A stretch of 64,000 bases of DNA, taken from positions 5,706,250 to 5,770,249 of the forward strand of contig OZ251539.1 in assembly GCA_965243135.1 (NCBI GenBank), written 5' to 3'. How positions within the stretch are numbered: the first letter of the stretch is position 1; every line of letters begins with the position of its first letter. The notes beneath the pieces were generated by a model, which saw only the letters and a list, made by a program, of their open reading frames with translations, searched no databases and was not told the DNA's origin. Both the position numbers and the translations under genes were made by a program. Shown here in pieces: positions 8,792-18,101 of this stretch. The stretch comes from Alphaproteobacteria bacterium. Lineage in GTDB: Bacteria > Pseudomonadota > Alphaproteobacteria > MPNO01 > UBA830.

Positions 8792-11700
8792 CAGAACCGT
8801 ACCTTCAAGTTCATTTCTCCGCCGACTTCATAACTGTCCACCCGGTCCGTCGCAGCGTAGCTCAGCCCGCTCTGGAGCGTATACCGTCCGTCGCCCCAGA
8901 CATGGATTCCCTTCAGGCCCAAGCGAAGCCAGGTAGCCTCCGCCTCCGACTTGAGATTCGTCCCGGACACGTTGACCGTCGTTTCGTCCCTGAGCTCGTG
9001 CTCCAAGTCTATCGAGCCGGACCAGCGACTGTCGGGATTCCCGTCCCAGCTCCCCTCGACGGTCACGCCCCCCCTGCCTTTCAGGCTTTGCCCGTCTGCA
9101 GAGATGCGCGGACCGTCTACAGACCCGTCTGCAGAGACGCGCTCTGTCACCTTGTCGGTGAAGCCCGGCCAAGACACCCTCGCATAGGTCAGCCCGAACC
9201 GGGGCACGACGACGACGCCGTCCTGGTCGGACCGGCGGCCGACTTCCACGCCCAACGCATGGCTGCGGCCCCTCGCTCCCTTCTTCAGGTCGCCGCGGAG
9301 CGAGGAACTGAGATCCGTCTCGTAAAACGTCGTTTCGCCCTGGACGTCCACGTAGACGTCGTCCCGGCGCCAAGTGCCGGATATTCCCGCGCCGACGCCG
9401 AACAGATCGACTTTGCCGCCTTTCGAGATATCCGCCTGTCCGCGGCGATGGTGCACGGATACGCCGAAAAGGCCGTCGCGTATCGTCGTATCCAGCCCTC
9501 CCTGAAAGCCGCCGCTGTTGCGGTAGTATTCCAACTCCGACGTCGTCGAAGAAGCCGCTTTCCACTTGCCGTGAGAGCCGTACACGCGAGCCCATACGCC
9601 TTTCGCGTCCCGCGGCGCGGTCATTCGGTCGCGGAGATTCGTCAGTCTGGTCATCCCCAGCAGCACCGACGGCAGCGCCTCGTAAACCCGTGCGCGCGGC
9701 GCGAGTTCGCGAACCACCCTGACGCCGCCGCTCCCGTCCGTCTCCAAGCCTAGGTCATAAGCGCCGGACGGAGCCGACTCCGTGGTGCCGAGCCTGCCCA
9801 GCTTGATCGGCTCGGTCGAGCCGAAAGGTTGGTACCGTACGTCGACGCTCTCCTGTCCTTCGGCAGCCAGGATTCGGCCTTTCACCCGATCCACGGCTTC
9901 GCCCGACATTTCGTCGGGGCTTTCCTGGATCGTGATCTTGATATCGCCCCGTTCGCTCGAAACCGCGATAACGTCGTCTCCGCCTCCGGGGTTGATCCGG
10001 CCTTTCGGACCTACGGTAAACGCGCCGCCCTCGTCGATCATGACGCGGCCGACCGCGCCGTTCACCGTCAACGCGCTCTCGCCTTCGCCTACCCGCGTGG
10101 CTACGCGCACGGCGCCCGTCACCGTTCCGCCTTCCGCCACCGTAACCCTGTGCTTCCCGGTCCCCAGAGCGAGCACGTCGCCCGTAAGCATGCCGGCCAG
10201 GTTGGCGGTCAGGTCTTCGGCGTCGCTGCGGACTGCCTCGCCCTCGATTCCGGTGATCGAGCCGGTACCGCTGACCGTCACCGTGCCGCCTTTTTCCAGC
10301 CACACGCGCCCGGCCGTGCCAGCGACCGTCACCTCGCTTGCGGCAAGCTGGATGGTTCCTCCCACCGTCCCGCCATCGTGCACCGTGACGGTGTGGTCGC
10401 CCGAGCCATCGCCGAGGATATCGCCCGTGACCATGCCCGTCACCGACGCGGTCAGATCTCCGAGCGCGTGGATGTTGCCCTCCACCGTTCCGGCCACCGT
10501 CGCGTCGAGGGCGCGCGAGCCGCTGGAGAATATTGCCGTGGGCTTCGAGGAGATTACCCTGCCGGTCCGGCCAACCGTCACCGTGCCGCCGTCAGACAAG
10601 ATTACTCCGCTGTTGCCGCCGGTCACGTCGCCATCGACTCTGACGATGCCGGTCGGCACGTTTCCATTCGCGTCAGCGCTGGTGGACACTTGGATGCCGG
10701 CAAGGCCGCCCGAGACGCTGGCGCCTTCGCCGACGGTTATCGAGACGGTGCCCGCGCCGCTGAAATCCGCCAGCACGCCAAGGCTGCCGGATCCCGCCGC
10801 CCTGACCTCGCCGTCAGCGATGTTGATGGAGCCGCTGCCGGCCGTGGAGCGATAGAGATGGACGCCGTGGCCATAGTCGCCCGCTGTCGTAGCTTCGCCG
10901 CCGGTCATGCGGAAGGCGAGGCTGCCGGCGCCGTTCTGCTGGACGAAAACGGCGTTGGCTCTTTCGCCTTCCGTCTTGACGGAACCGGACAGTTCGACCG
11001 CCAGATCGCCGCTGCCGTCGTTGATCGCGTGGATGCCGTGAGCGTCGGCCCCTTTCGTGGTGACGGAGCCTCCGTCCACGGTCACTGCGACATTGCCCTT
11101 GGCACCGCGATGTTCGGCGAAGACGCCGTGAGCTTCTTCGCCTGCGGTCGCGGCGGCGACGCCCGTCAAGCGGACGGCGACGCTGCCTTCGTTTTCGTGC
11201 CGGGCCTGGACGGCGTAGGCGCCGCCAATCCCCGTCGTGTCGATGGAACCGCCCGTGACGGCGATGTCGATGTCGCCGACGCCGGTGCCATCGACCAATT
11301 CGTTAACGAAGCAGTCGTCGTTGTGGCCGGTGCAGCCGGGTTTCCGCGACCGGATGATCGTCTGCTGGATCAGACCGTAGACGCCGCGGGCGTGGTTGCC
11401 GGTGGTTGCGATGGCGGCATCCGTGACGGCGATGGCGATGTTGCCGGTGCCGATGTCGTTGGGGTCGACGGTCCCGTCGTTGTCGTCGGCCCCGCTGTCG
11501 CCCCGGTGCCGCGCCCAGATGCCGTGGGAGTCCTCGCCCTCAGTGGCGATGTCGCCGCCCGTCACGACGATGGAGATGCCGCCTCCGCCTGGCGTGACGA
11601 CGGTTTCGCCTTCGCTGGCTCCTTCGCCTACACAATCGTCGGGGTCCGCCTCAGTACACACAGTCTCCGTTCGGGTCCTGCCGGTATGGGTGGCGTAGAT

Positions 11701-13287
11701 GCCCTGGGCGTCGTCGCCCCAGGTCCGGATGTTGTTGTCGGTGGCGCGGACGCGAATGTCGCCATGGCCCTCATGGCTGGCGTAGATGCCCCGGGCTTGG
11801 AAGCCGGTGGCTTGGGAGCCGCTGGGAGCGCCGTCAATCCTTTCCACGTAACAGGCGCGGCGATCATCCGCCGTCTCGAGGGCCTGGCAGTAGGCGACAT
11901 CCTCCGACAGGCTCTCGTCCAATGCCCGGAAGTAACGGCCGTTCCAGATAACGATCTGGGGATCCGCGAAAAACTCGCGCGAGTCGGGATCCTCGGGGTC
12001 GTGATTCGGATTCCTGACGGGAAGATAGGCGAGGGTATAGGGGCGGAAGTCAGCAGTGAGGCCTTTATTCAGTCGAATAAACTGCGCAATGTTGACGAAC
12101 TCGGGCGAGTCCGGGTCCGTAGGATCGTAATCCGAATTGCGAGTAAAGGGCTTGTCGGGGTCGAAGACAAGGTCGCGGACAAGGTCGCGCCGCGGGGTGC
12201 CGACCGCGCCTATGGGCACGATGCCCCCGGTGGCGATGTCGTAGCCTTCCACCGTGACGGCGATATGCCCATATGCGGCGGCGCGGGTGTATTCGGCCCG
12301 GACCGCGTCGGCTTGGTCGCCGCGGGTTCCGACCAGCGGGCGGACGCGCTGTTCGCGGTCGCGGTCGGTCTCGATGAGGTTGACGACCACCGCGCCCCTT
12401 GCCCGCGTGATGGCGCCGCTGCCCTGCCTGACTACGCCATCCTCCTCGGTCCTGATGGTGTAGGAGTTGTCCGTGTTATCCCATGTGACGCAGTTGGTGG
12501 GGGCGACCCAGTCGCCGTGCTCGTCCCTGCATCTGAGGCTGGGGCTGAGCCAGTTGCCGTCCTCGTCCCTGTAGACGTAGCTGCCTTCCTGCCAGCCATA
12601 GACTCCGTAAGCATCGTTGCCGGTGGTTCGAACCGAGAGGTTGCGGACGTCGATGCCGACCCGGCCCTCCCCGGTGTGCTTGGCGTGGATGCCGTAGGAA
12701 GCCTCGCCCGTCTCATAATAGGCCGTGTTGCCCGTAGTGAAGATGCCACGGGCGTAATCCAGCGGGAACGGATACGAGAAGACGTTGGCGGCGCTGCCGA
12801 ATTGCTCGGAGACGGAATGGGCGTAGATCTCCAGATTGCCGCTGCCCTCGTACAGGGCTTCGATGGCGGGGAGGAAGTCGCCGGCAACGATGAGTGCGGG
12901 GTTGAGGACGACGAGGGCGCGGCCCTTCGTTTCCGCGCGCCCGTAACGGCAATAGATGTCCTGGGTGAGATCGCGCACGACTTGGCCGCCGACCGCCCGA
13001 TACAGGGCGCGGAATTTCTCGGGGTCGCGGACGAGCTCCCCGCCAGTAATGTAATCGTTGTCGTCGACTTGGATGACGCGGTTGCCATCCTCGTTCTCGA
13101 CGCTGCCGCCCTCTATGATTGATATTGTGGGTGCTACGCTTGGGCAAGTAAACCGCACTTGCGCCTCCGCCTCTCCGGCGCCGAAGGCGATCGCGCCGAG
13201 CAGCAGCCCTCCGACGACCGTCATTGCAGGGCGCTTCGCGCATCCTCTCCGAAGGAACCGCAGTCCGCGGCGGAAATCATCGTACAT
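8791..13287 (-). CDS. autotransporter (type Va) with repeat-rich passenger and C-terminal beta-barrel, 1498 aa
   Basis: ORF 8791..14343 trimmed to ATG 13287 (MYDDFRRGLRFLRRGCAKRPAMTVVGGLLLGAIAFGAGEAEAQ signal). A GGGAG SD lies 8 nt upstream. The passenger has G-rich beta-helix-type repeats, and the barrel ends ..GGEMNLKVRF. The upstream extension overlaps UbiD out of frame. Confidence 0.9.
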   Translation of the reverse strand: MYDDFRRGLRFLRRGCAKRPAMTVVGGLLLGAIAFGAGEAEAQVRFTCPSVAPTISIIEGGSVENEDGNRVIQVDDNDYITGGELVRDPEKFRALYRAVGGQVVRDLTQDIYCRYGRAETKGRALVVLNPALIVAGDFLPAIEALYEGSGNLEIYAHSVSEQFGSAANVFSYPFPLDYARGIFTTGNTAYYETGEASYGIHAKHTGEGRVGIDVRNLSVRTTGNDAYGVYGWQEGSYVYRDEDGNWLSPSLRCRDEHGDWVAPTNCVTWDNTDNSYTIRTEEDGVVRQGSGAITRARGAVVVNLIETDRDREQRVRPLVGTRGDQADAVRAEYTRAAAYGHIAVTVEGYDIATGGIVPIGAVGTPRRDLVRDLVFDPDKPFTRNSDYDPTDPDSPEFVNIAQFIRLNKGLTADFRPYTLAYLPVRNPNHDPEDPDSREFFADPQIVIWNGRYFRALDESLSEDVAYCQALETADDRRACYVERIDGAPSGSQATGFQARGIYASHEGHGDIRVRATDNNIRTWGDDAQGIYATHTGRTRTETVCTEADPDDCVGEGASEGETVVTPGGGGISIVVTGGDIATEGEDSHGIWARHRGDSGADDNDGTVDPNDIGTGNIAIAVTDAAIATTGNHARGVYGLIQQTIIRSRKPGCTGHNDDCFVNELVDGTGVGDIDIAVTGGSIDTTGIGGAYAVQARHENEGSVAVRLTGVAAATAGEEAHGVFAEHRGAKGNVAVTVDGGSVTTKGADAHGIHAINDGSGDLAVELSGSVKTEGERANAVFVQQNGAGSLAFRMTGGEATTAGDYGHGVHLYRSTAGSGSINIADGEVRAAGSGSLGVLADFSGAGTVSITVGEGASVSGGLAGIQVSTSADANGNVPTGIVRVDGDVTGGNSGVILSDGGTVTVGRTGRVISSKPTAIFSSGSRALDATVAGTVEGNIHALGDLTASVTGMVTGDILGDGSGDHTVTVHDGGTVGGTIQLAASEVTVAGTAGRVWLEKGGTVTVSGTGSITGIEGEAVRSDAEDLTANLAGMLTGDVLALGTGKHRVTVAEGGTVTGAVRVATRVGEGESALTVNGAVGRVMIDEGGAFTVGPKGRINPGGGDDVIAVSSERGDIKITIQESPDEMSGEAVDRVKGRILAAEGQESVDVRYQPFGSTEPIKLGRLGTTESAPSGAYDLGLETDGSGGVRVVRELAPRARVYEALPSVLLGMTRLTNLRDRMTAPRDAKGVWARVYGSHGKWKAASSTTSELEYYRNSGGFQGGLDTTIRDGLFGVSVHHRRGQADISKGGKVDLFGVGAGISGTWRRDDVYVDVQGETTFYETDLSSSLRGDLKKGARGRSHALGVEVGRRSDQDGVVVVPRFGLTYARVSWPGFTDKVTERVSADGSVDGPRISADGQSLKGRGGVTVEGSWDGNPDSRWSGSIDLEHELRDETTVNVSGTNLKSEAEATWLRLGLKGIHVWGDGRYTLQSGLSYAATDRVDSYEVGGEMNLKVRF

Positions 13288-13345
13288 CGACCAAGCTCCC
13301 AAGCTGTTTTGACTGAAACCGAACATCACAGACAAAGACGACGCC

Positions 13346-13374
13346 ATTTTACTCCCCCCCCCCCCTCTTTGCAA
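13346..13374 (-). promoter_or_regulatory. candidate phase-variable promoter of the autotransporter
   Basis: Minus strand reads TTGCAA(13374-13369), then a 17-nt spacer aga+G12+ag, then TAAAAT(13351-13346). The homopolymer forms most of the spacer. Confidence 0.55.
13354..13365 (-). repeat. homopolymeric G12 tract (C12 on the plus strand)
   Basis: Counted directly: actCCCCCCCCCCCCtcttt. Confidence 0.95.
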
Positions 13375-13507
13375 CCGGAGGTTTCTCGCGCCGGCGATTC
13401 GCGCCAGCGAGGCCGACGTTCGAAGAAGGCGCGCCGGGGAGGCGCCGTTGGATGGACAGGCCGCTTCGACGCGAGCGAAGCGCCTCATCCAAGAGCGAAT
13501 AGTACCG

Positions 13508-13592
13508 AATCGTCCGGAAAAGTCCACGAAAAATTTTTTCGAACTCCCGGTTTTCCGTAGGTTTCGGGTCTCGGCGGGAATCGCCGTTCCGG
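13508..13592 (+). repeat. dispersed intergenic repeat family 2, copy b
   Basis: ccggaaaagtccacgaaaaattttttcgaactcccggttttccg..ggcgggaatcgccg, between the UbiD stop and the autotransporter promoter. Confidence 0.45.
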
Positions 13593-13634
13593 CGCGTCTC
13601 CTCGCATGGCTTCGACGCGTCGGCCTTCCGCGAA

Positions 13635-15026
13635 CTACGGCAGAAAATCGTCGAGATCCACCTTGTCGAAATTCCGCGGCATCGCGCGCCGAAAGCGCTC
13701 GCGCTCTTCGGCGGCGGCCGGCATGGTCGCGTCGATCATCCACTTCGTTCCGACGCGGTGGAAGCTGTTCTGGCCCGGCGCAACCGGAGAGACGTTGTCG
13801 AGCGCGAACACGCGGGTATGCGGGATGGTCACGATATCGCGCTCGGCGTGCACGCGCGTCGTCATCGACCACATGACCTGACGCAGATCGCCGGCGTCCA
13901 CGTCCGCGTCCACGGCGATCGCGAGTTTCGGGTGAAGGTACGGGCCCGAAAGCGCCGCCATCAGCGCCGTCTTGGCCTGGCCTTCGACGCGCGGACGAAG
14001 CTTTATCACCAGCATCATCATGCCCGCCGACGGATGGCAGCGCACGTCCATCAGGTCGAGCCCGCCCTCGACGTTGCGGAGATGGTCCCTCGTCGCGGCC
14101 TCCACCCCGAGCGCCATCGTGCCCTGCGTGTCGGTCGTCGGATATCCGCAATGCACGGCGTAGAAGACGGGGTCCTTGCGGCGCGTCATGCAACGAACCC
14201 GAAAGACGTGCGAATGGGTCGCCTCCGCGTAGGTGCCCGGAATTTCCCCGAAGGGGCCTTCCGGCACCTGCCTGTCGCGCAGCACCTCGCCCTCGAGCAC
14301 GAGCTCCGCCTCGGCCGGAACCTCGAGATCCAGCGTCTTGCAACGAACCATCCGCACGCCTTCCCCGATCAGCGCGCCGGCGACCTCAAGTTCGTCCTGT
14401 TCGAAGCCGGTCGTGAAGCCCGCGCCGAAGAACAGGGCCGGATGCCCGCCGTAGACCATGGCGACCGGCATGTCCCGGCCCTGCGCGGCGTACGCGTCGT
14501 AGATGCGCTTCGCCTGGCGCGGCACCATGATGAAGCCGGTTTCGCGTTCGTTCAGCACCATCTGGCGGTGAACCGACACGTTGCGGACTCCGGTCTCGGG
14601 ATCCCTGACGATCGCCATGCCCGACGCGAAGTAGCGGCCGCCGTCCCGCTCGGAGGTCATCATCGACGGCACTTCGAGAATGTTCACGTCCGCGCCTTCC
14701 GCCACGACCTCCTGGACGGGCGCCTCGGCGGCGTCGACCGTGGGAACGGTCCGTCCGAGGCGGGCCGCGACTTCGTCGAGGATCCCGTCTTCCTCGATGC
14801 CGAGGCCGATGGCCCATTTGCGGCGGTCGGCGAGAATCTGGCTGACCGCCCGCCACCCCTCGTGACCCTTGATGCTGGTGAACAGGCTGGCCTTGCCGGC
14901 CTCGTTGAACGCCTTCCATTCGACGGCCGCCATGTTCTCCAGAGGATCCACTTCCGTGGCGAAACGGATCAGTTCCCCCTGCTGCTCGAGATTGGCGAGA
15001 AAGGTGCGAAGGGACTGGTCGACCAT
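13635..15026 (-). CDS. UbiD-family (prFMN-dependent) decarboxylase
   Basis: 463 aa. UbiD pattern throughout (..GGRYFASGMAIVRDPETG..NVSVHR..EGPFGEIPGTY..). Confidence 0.9.
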   Translation of the reverse strand: MVDQSLRTFLANLEQQGELIRFATEVDPLENMAAVEWKAFNEAGKASLFTSIKGHEGWRAVSQILADRRKWAIGLGIEEDGILDEVAARLGRTVPTVDAAEAPVQEVVAEGADVNILEVPSMMTSERDGGRYFASGMAIVRDPETGVRNVSVHRQMVLNERETGFIMVPRQAKRIYDAYAAQGRDMPVAMVYGGHPALFFGAGFTTGFEQDELEVAGALIGEGVRMVRCKTLDLEVPAEAELVLEGEVLRDRQVPEGPFGEIPGTYAEATHSHVFRVRCMTRRKDPVFYAVHCGYPTTDTQGTMALGVEAATRDHLRNVEGGLDLMDVRCHPSAGMMMLVIKLRPRVEGQAKTALMAALSGPYLHPKLAIAVDADVDAGDLRQVMWSMTTRVHAERDIVTIPHTRVFALDNVSPVAPGQNSFHRVGTKWMIDATMPAAAEERERFRRAMPRNFDKVDLDDFLP

Positions 15027-15038
15027 GCCCGGTTTCCT

Positions 15039-16124
15039 TTACGATGTTGCGCCGGCCGCCGGGCCGGACGATTCGGCGAGCGCGGCGTAGCGGCGGCGGT
15101 GCATTCCGGCGTTGCCGTAGCGCGCCGACAGGGTCATCGCCCGCTTCAGGCAGAGGCCGATGTCGTGTTCGTCCGTGAACCCGACGCCGCCGTGCATCTG
15201 GATCGCGGACTTGCAGACCGCGAGCGCGGCGTCGGCGGCGTAAGCCAGCGCGGCCGACGGCAGCGCCGGCGCGCCTCCGCCGGAATCCATGGCCCGCGCC
15301 GCCTGGTAGACCAGCGACCGGCACATTTCGACGGCGGCGTGATTGTCCACCGCCCGATGCTGCAACGCCTGGAAGGATCCGATCGGGCGGCCGAACTGTT
15401 CGCGAGTCTTCAGATATTCGATCGTCGTTTCCTGGGCGGCCTCCGCCACGCCGAGAAGTTCCGCCGCGGTGGCCAGATGGAGCGCGTCGAGCAGCGAGGC
15501 GACGGCCGCCGCGGCCTCGTTCGGGCCCGCCGCGAGACGCGCCTCGACGCCCGCAAACGATACGGTTCCGGTCGTCGTCCCGTCGGCCGCCCGCGACCAT
15601 CGGACGTCCCCCGGCGGCGCGTGGACGAGAACCGTGCCGTCCGCGGCCGCTGCCGAAACCAGATACCCGTCCGCCCGGCCCGCGACGCCGGTCTTGGTCC
15701 CGTGCAGCGAGACGGCGCCGTTCCGCATCTTCGCGGCCGCCGCCGGCGGTTCGTCGCCGATCGCTCGGGGGCCCTCCGCCAGGGCCGGGAGGACGACCAT
15801 GCGGCCCGCGACGACGGCCGAAGCCGTCTCCCGGTCTCCGCGCGCCAGCGCGCGCGCCGCCGCGGCGGCGGCGGCGATCGGTTCCGGGACGAGATTCCTG
15901 CCGAGTTGCTGGGAGACGAGGCACAGTTCCGTCAGCCCGAGGCCAAGTCCGCCGGCGGCTTCCGGCGCGAGAGCGGCGAGCCAGCCGGCCGCGGCGGCCT
16001 CCGACCAGATGCCGCGGTCGACGTCCCCCTCCGCCGGCCGGCGCAGCCGGTTCGCGTGCCGCGAGGCGAACGCCGCGGCGCTCTCGCGGAACATTTCCTG
16101 TTCTTCGGCGAGGACGAGGTCCAT
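15039..16124 (-). CDS. acyl-CoA dehydrogenase family protein
   Basis: C-terminal 361 aa of ORF 15039..16859, starting at MDLVLAEEQEMF. Contains the ACAD C-terminal motif (REQFGRPIGSFQALQHR, IQMHGGVGFTDEHD). Its ATG overlaps the ligase stop (ATGA). Confidence 0.85.
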   Translation of the reverse strand: MDLVLAEEQEMFRESAAAFASRHANRLRRPAEGDVDRGIWSEAAAAGWLAALAPEAAGGLGLGLTELCLVSQQLGRNLVPEPIAAAAAAARALARGDRETASAVVAGRMVVLPALAEGPRAIGDEPPAAAAKMRNGAVSLHGTKTGVAGRADGYLVSAAAADGTVLVHAPPGDVRWSRAADGTTTGTVSFAGVEARLAAGPNEAAAAVASLLDALHLATAAELLGVAEAAQETTIEYLKTREQFGRPIGSFQALQHRAVDNHAAVEMCRSLVYQAARAMDSGGGAPALPSAALAYAADAALAVCKSAIQMHGGVGFTDEHDIGLCLKRAMTLSARYGNAGMHRRRYAALAESSGPAAGATS

Positions 16125-17659
16125 CACGCGGTTCCCGCGCCGCCGCCGGCGAGGCGGCGGCGGAGTTCGGCCTTGACGACCTTGCCGGTGCTGTTGCGCG
16201 GGAGGGCCTCGACCGGCAGCACGAGCCTCGGTTTCTTGTAGCTCGCGATCAGGCCGCGGCAGTGATCGACCAGATCCTCGTCCGACGCCTCCGTCCCCTC
16301 TTCGAAAATGACGAAGGCCGCGACGCGTTCGCCGAATTCCGGGTCGGGCGCGGGCACGACCGCCGCCTCCCTCACCGCCGGATGCGCCTCCAGGGCGTCC
16401 TCGACCTCGCGGGCGTAAATGTTGAGCCCGCCCGAGACGATCATGTCCCGGGCCCGGCCGACGAAATAAAGGTAACCGTCTTCGTCCAGCCGCCCGATGT
16501 CGCCGGTCGCGAGCCAGTCGCCGTGGAACGCCGCCCGCGTTTCTTCCGGCCTGCGCCAGTATCCCGTCATCGCGGCGACGCCGCGGGGGCCGCAGCGCAT
16601 CAATATCTCGCCGGCCTCCCCCGCCGGCAGGTCTCTGCGGTCCGCGTCGACGATCCGCAACTCGACGCCGGGAACGGGCCTGCCGCAGGACGCCGGACGG
16701 GCTTCCTGCTCGTCGGGGCGGAGGCAAGCGATGAATCCCGCTTCGGTCTGGGCGTAGAAGCTGTAAAGGCCGAGGCCGGGGAGGGCCTTCGCGAGGCGCT
16801 TCTTGAGGTCGACCGGAAACGTCTCGCCCGTCGCCAACATGGCGCGCAGGGTCCGGCACGCGCGGGGGCGCTTCTCGAACTCGTCCATCAGCATGCGGGC
16901 GATGGTGGGCACGAGGCCGATGACGGTGATTCCTTCGCGTTCGATCGTGTCGACGCAGGCCGCCGGGTCGAAGCGCGGCATCACGACGACGGTGCAGCCG
17001 ACCGACACCGCGTTGGCGATCCGGCCGAGCCCCGTGCGGTGAGCCAGCGGCGTCGTGGCGAGAATCCTGTCGTCCGGGCGCAGCCCGAATTCCCGCGCGT
17101 TGATGAAGCCGCTGAGGAGAACGATGCCGAGATTGGTCGCGACGGCGCCCTTGGGCCGGCCCGTGGTGCCGGAGGTGTATCCGATCAGGAGATCGTCGGG
17201 TTCGCCCGGCAACGGCGGCGGCGCGTCGTCGCCCGCGAGAAGGGTCTCGTAGGCGGTCTCGCCGGATTCCGCGCCGCCGACCGCGATCAGCAAGGGGTCC
17301 GCCAGTTCAGAAGCGGCGTCGCGAACGGCGTCGCGGAAATCCGGCGCGAACAGGATGGCCCAGGGTTCGCAGTCGCGCAGGATGTATCGCGCTTCCGCAG
17401 GGGCGAGCCGGGTCGCGATCGGCACGATGACGCCGCCGGACTTCGCCGCGCCGAGCATGGCTTCCGCAAGTTCGGCGCTGTTGGGGAGATACATCGCGAG
17501 CCTGTCGCCGGGTTTCTGGCCCAGCGCCGCGAAGGCGCCGGCCAGCCGGCCGGCCGCGCGGTCGAGCTCGCCGAAGGAGATGCGCCGCTCGCCGCACACG
17601 ACCGCTTCCCGATCCGGGAACCGCAGCGCGCTGCCGGCGAGCATCGCGCCGAGTTTCAC
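16124..17659 (-). CDS. AMP-dependent acyl-CoA synthetase/ligase
   Basis: AMP-binding motifs (YTSGTTGRPKG, TGDIGRLDEDGYLYFVGRARD, GKVVK). The GTG at 17659 overlaps the stop of the upstream gene (GTGA). An alternative ATG is at 17644. Confidence 0.85.
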   Translation of the reverse strand: MKLGAMLAGSALRFPDREAVVCGERRISFGELDRAAGRLAGAFAALGQKPGDRLAMYLPNSAELAEAMLGAAKSGGVIVPIATRLAPAEARYILRDCEPWAILFAPDFRDAVRDAASELADPLLIAVGGAESGETAYETLLAGDDAPPPLPGEPDDLLIGYTSGTTGRPKGAVATNLGIVLLSGFINAREFGLRPDDRILATTPLAHRTGLGRIANAVSVGCTVVVMPRFDPAACVDTIEREGITVIGLVPTIARMLMDEFEKRPRACRTLRAMLATGETFPVDLKKRLAKALPGLGLYSFYAQTEAGFIACLRPDEQEARPASCGRPVPGVELRIVDADRRDLPAGEAGEILMRCGPRGVAAMTGYWRRPEETRAAFHGDWLATGDIGRLDEDGYLYFVGRARDMIVSGGLNIYAREVEDALEAHPAVREAAVVPAPDPEFGERVAAFVIFEEGTEASDEDLVDHCRGLIASYKKPRLVLPVEALPRNSTGKVVKAELRRRLAGGGAGTA

Positions 17660-18087
17660 CGGGAGCCGCCGCCTTCTTTCTCCGGTTTCTCCGGAACGAA
17701 CGCGAAATAGGCTCCGTCTTCGCCGATCTTCTCCCAGACCACTTTCACCCGCATGCCGATCTCGGCGTCGTCGGGTGCGACGTCCTTGAGGTTCGCGATG
17801 ATGCGCACGCCTTCGTCGAGTTCGATCAGGCCGACGACGTAGGGGGCCTTCCCGTCGAACCCCGCGGTCGGCACGTGGGTCACCGTGTACGAATAGAGCG
17901 TTCCCTTGCCGGAGGCGCGCCGCCACCGGAGATTGCGCTTGCCGCTGCGGACGCTGTTGGCGCGGGGCCAGAACTGGTGCTTTCGCGTCGCAGGGTCGTA
18001 CTGCAGCATCAATTCGCCTTCCTTCGCGCCGTCCCAGAACGGCTGCGTGGTCGGGGTCGGTTTCGGCGTCGGCCGCCGGTCGGCCAT
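17656..18087 (-). CDS. DUF35 OB-fold/Zn-ribbon protein (thiolase partner)
   Basis: 143 aa, starting at MADRRPTPKP..PFWDGAKEGELMLQ, with a GGAGGAA RBS. It sits directly downstream of the SCP-x-type thiolase, as is usual for DUF35. Confidence 0.8.
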   Translation of the reverse strand: MADRRPTPKPTPTTQPFWDGAKEGELMLQYDPATRKHQFWPRANSVRSGKRNLRWRRASGKGTLYSYTVTHVPTAGFDGKAPYVVGLIELDEGVRIIANLKDVAPDDAEIGMRVKVVWEKIGEDGAYFAFVPEKPEKEGGGSR

Positions 18088-18101
18088 GTCCGTTCCTCCG
18101 T

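Noticed and set aside
9829-13122. 1097-aa plus-strand ORF
   Set aside because: It is antisense to the autotransporter passenger domain. This is a typical long shadow ORF in high-GC repeat-rich DNA, with no recognisable motifs.
13288-14343. N-terminal extension of the autotransporter ORF to 1850 aa
   Set aside because: The extension is Arg/Gly-rich nonsense. It overlaps the UbiD gene out of frame and crosses the promoter, G-tract and repeat region. The signal peptide and SD point to ATG 13287.
13758-16241. 827-aa plus-strand ORF
   Set aside because: It is antisense to the UbiD and acyl-CoA dehydrogenase genes, both of which have clear family motifs on the minus strand.
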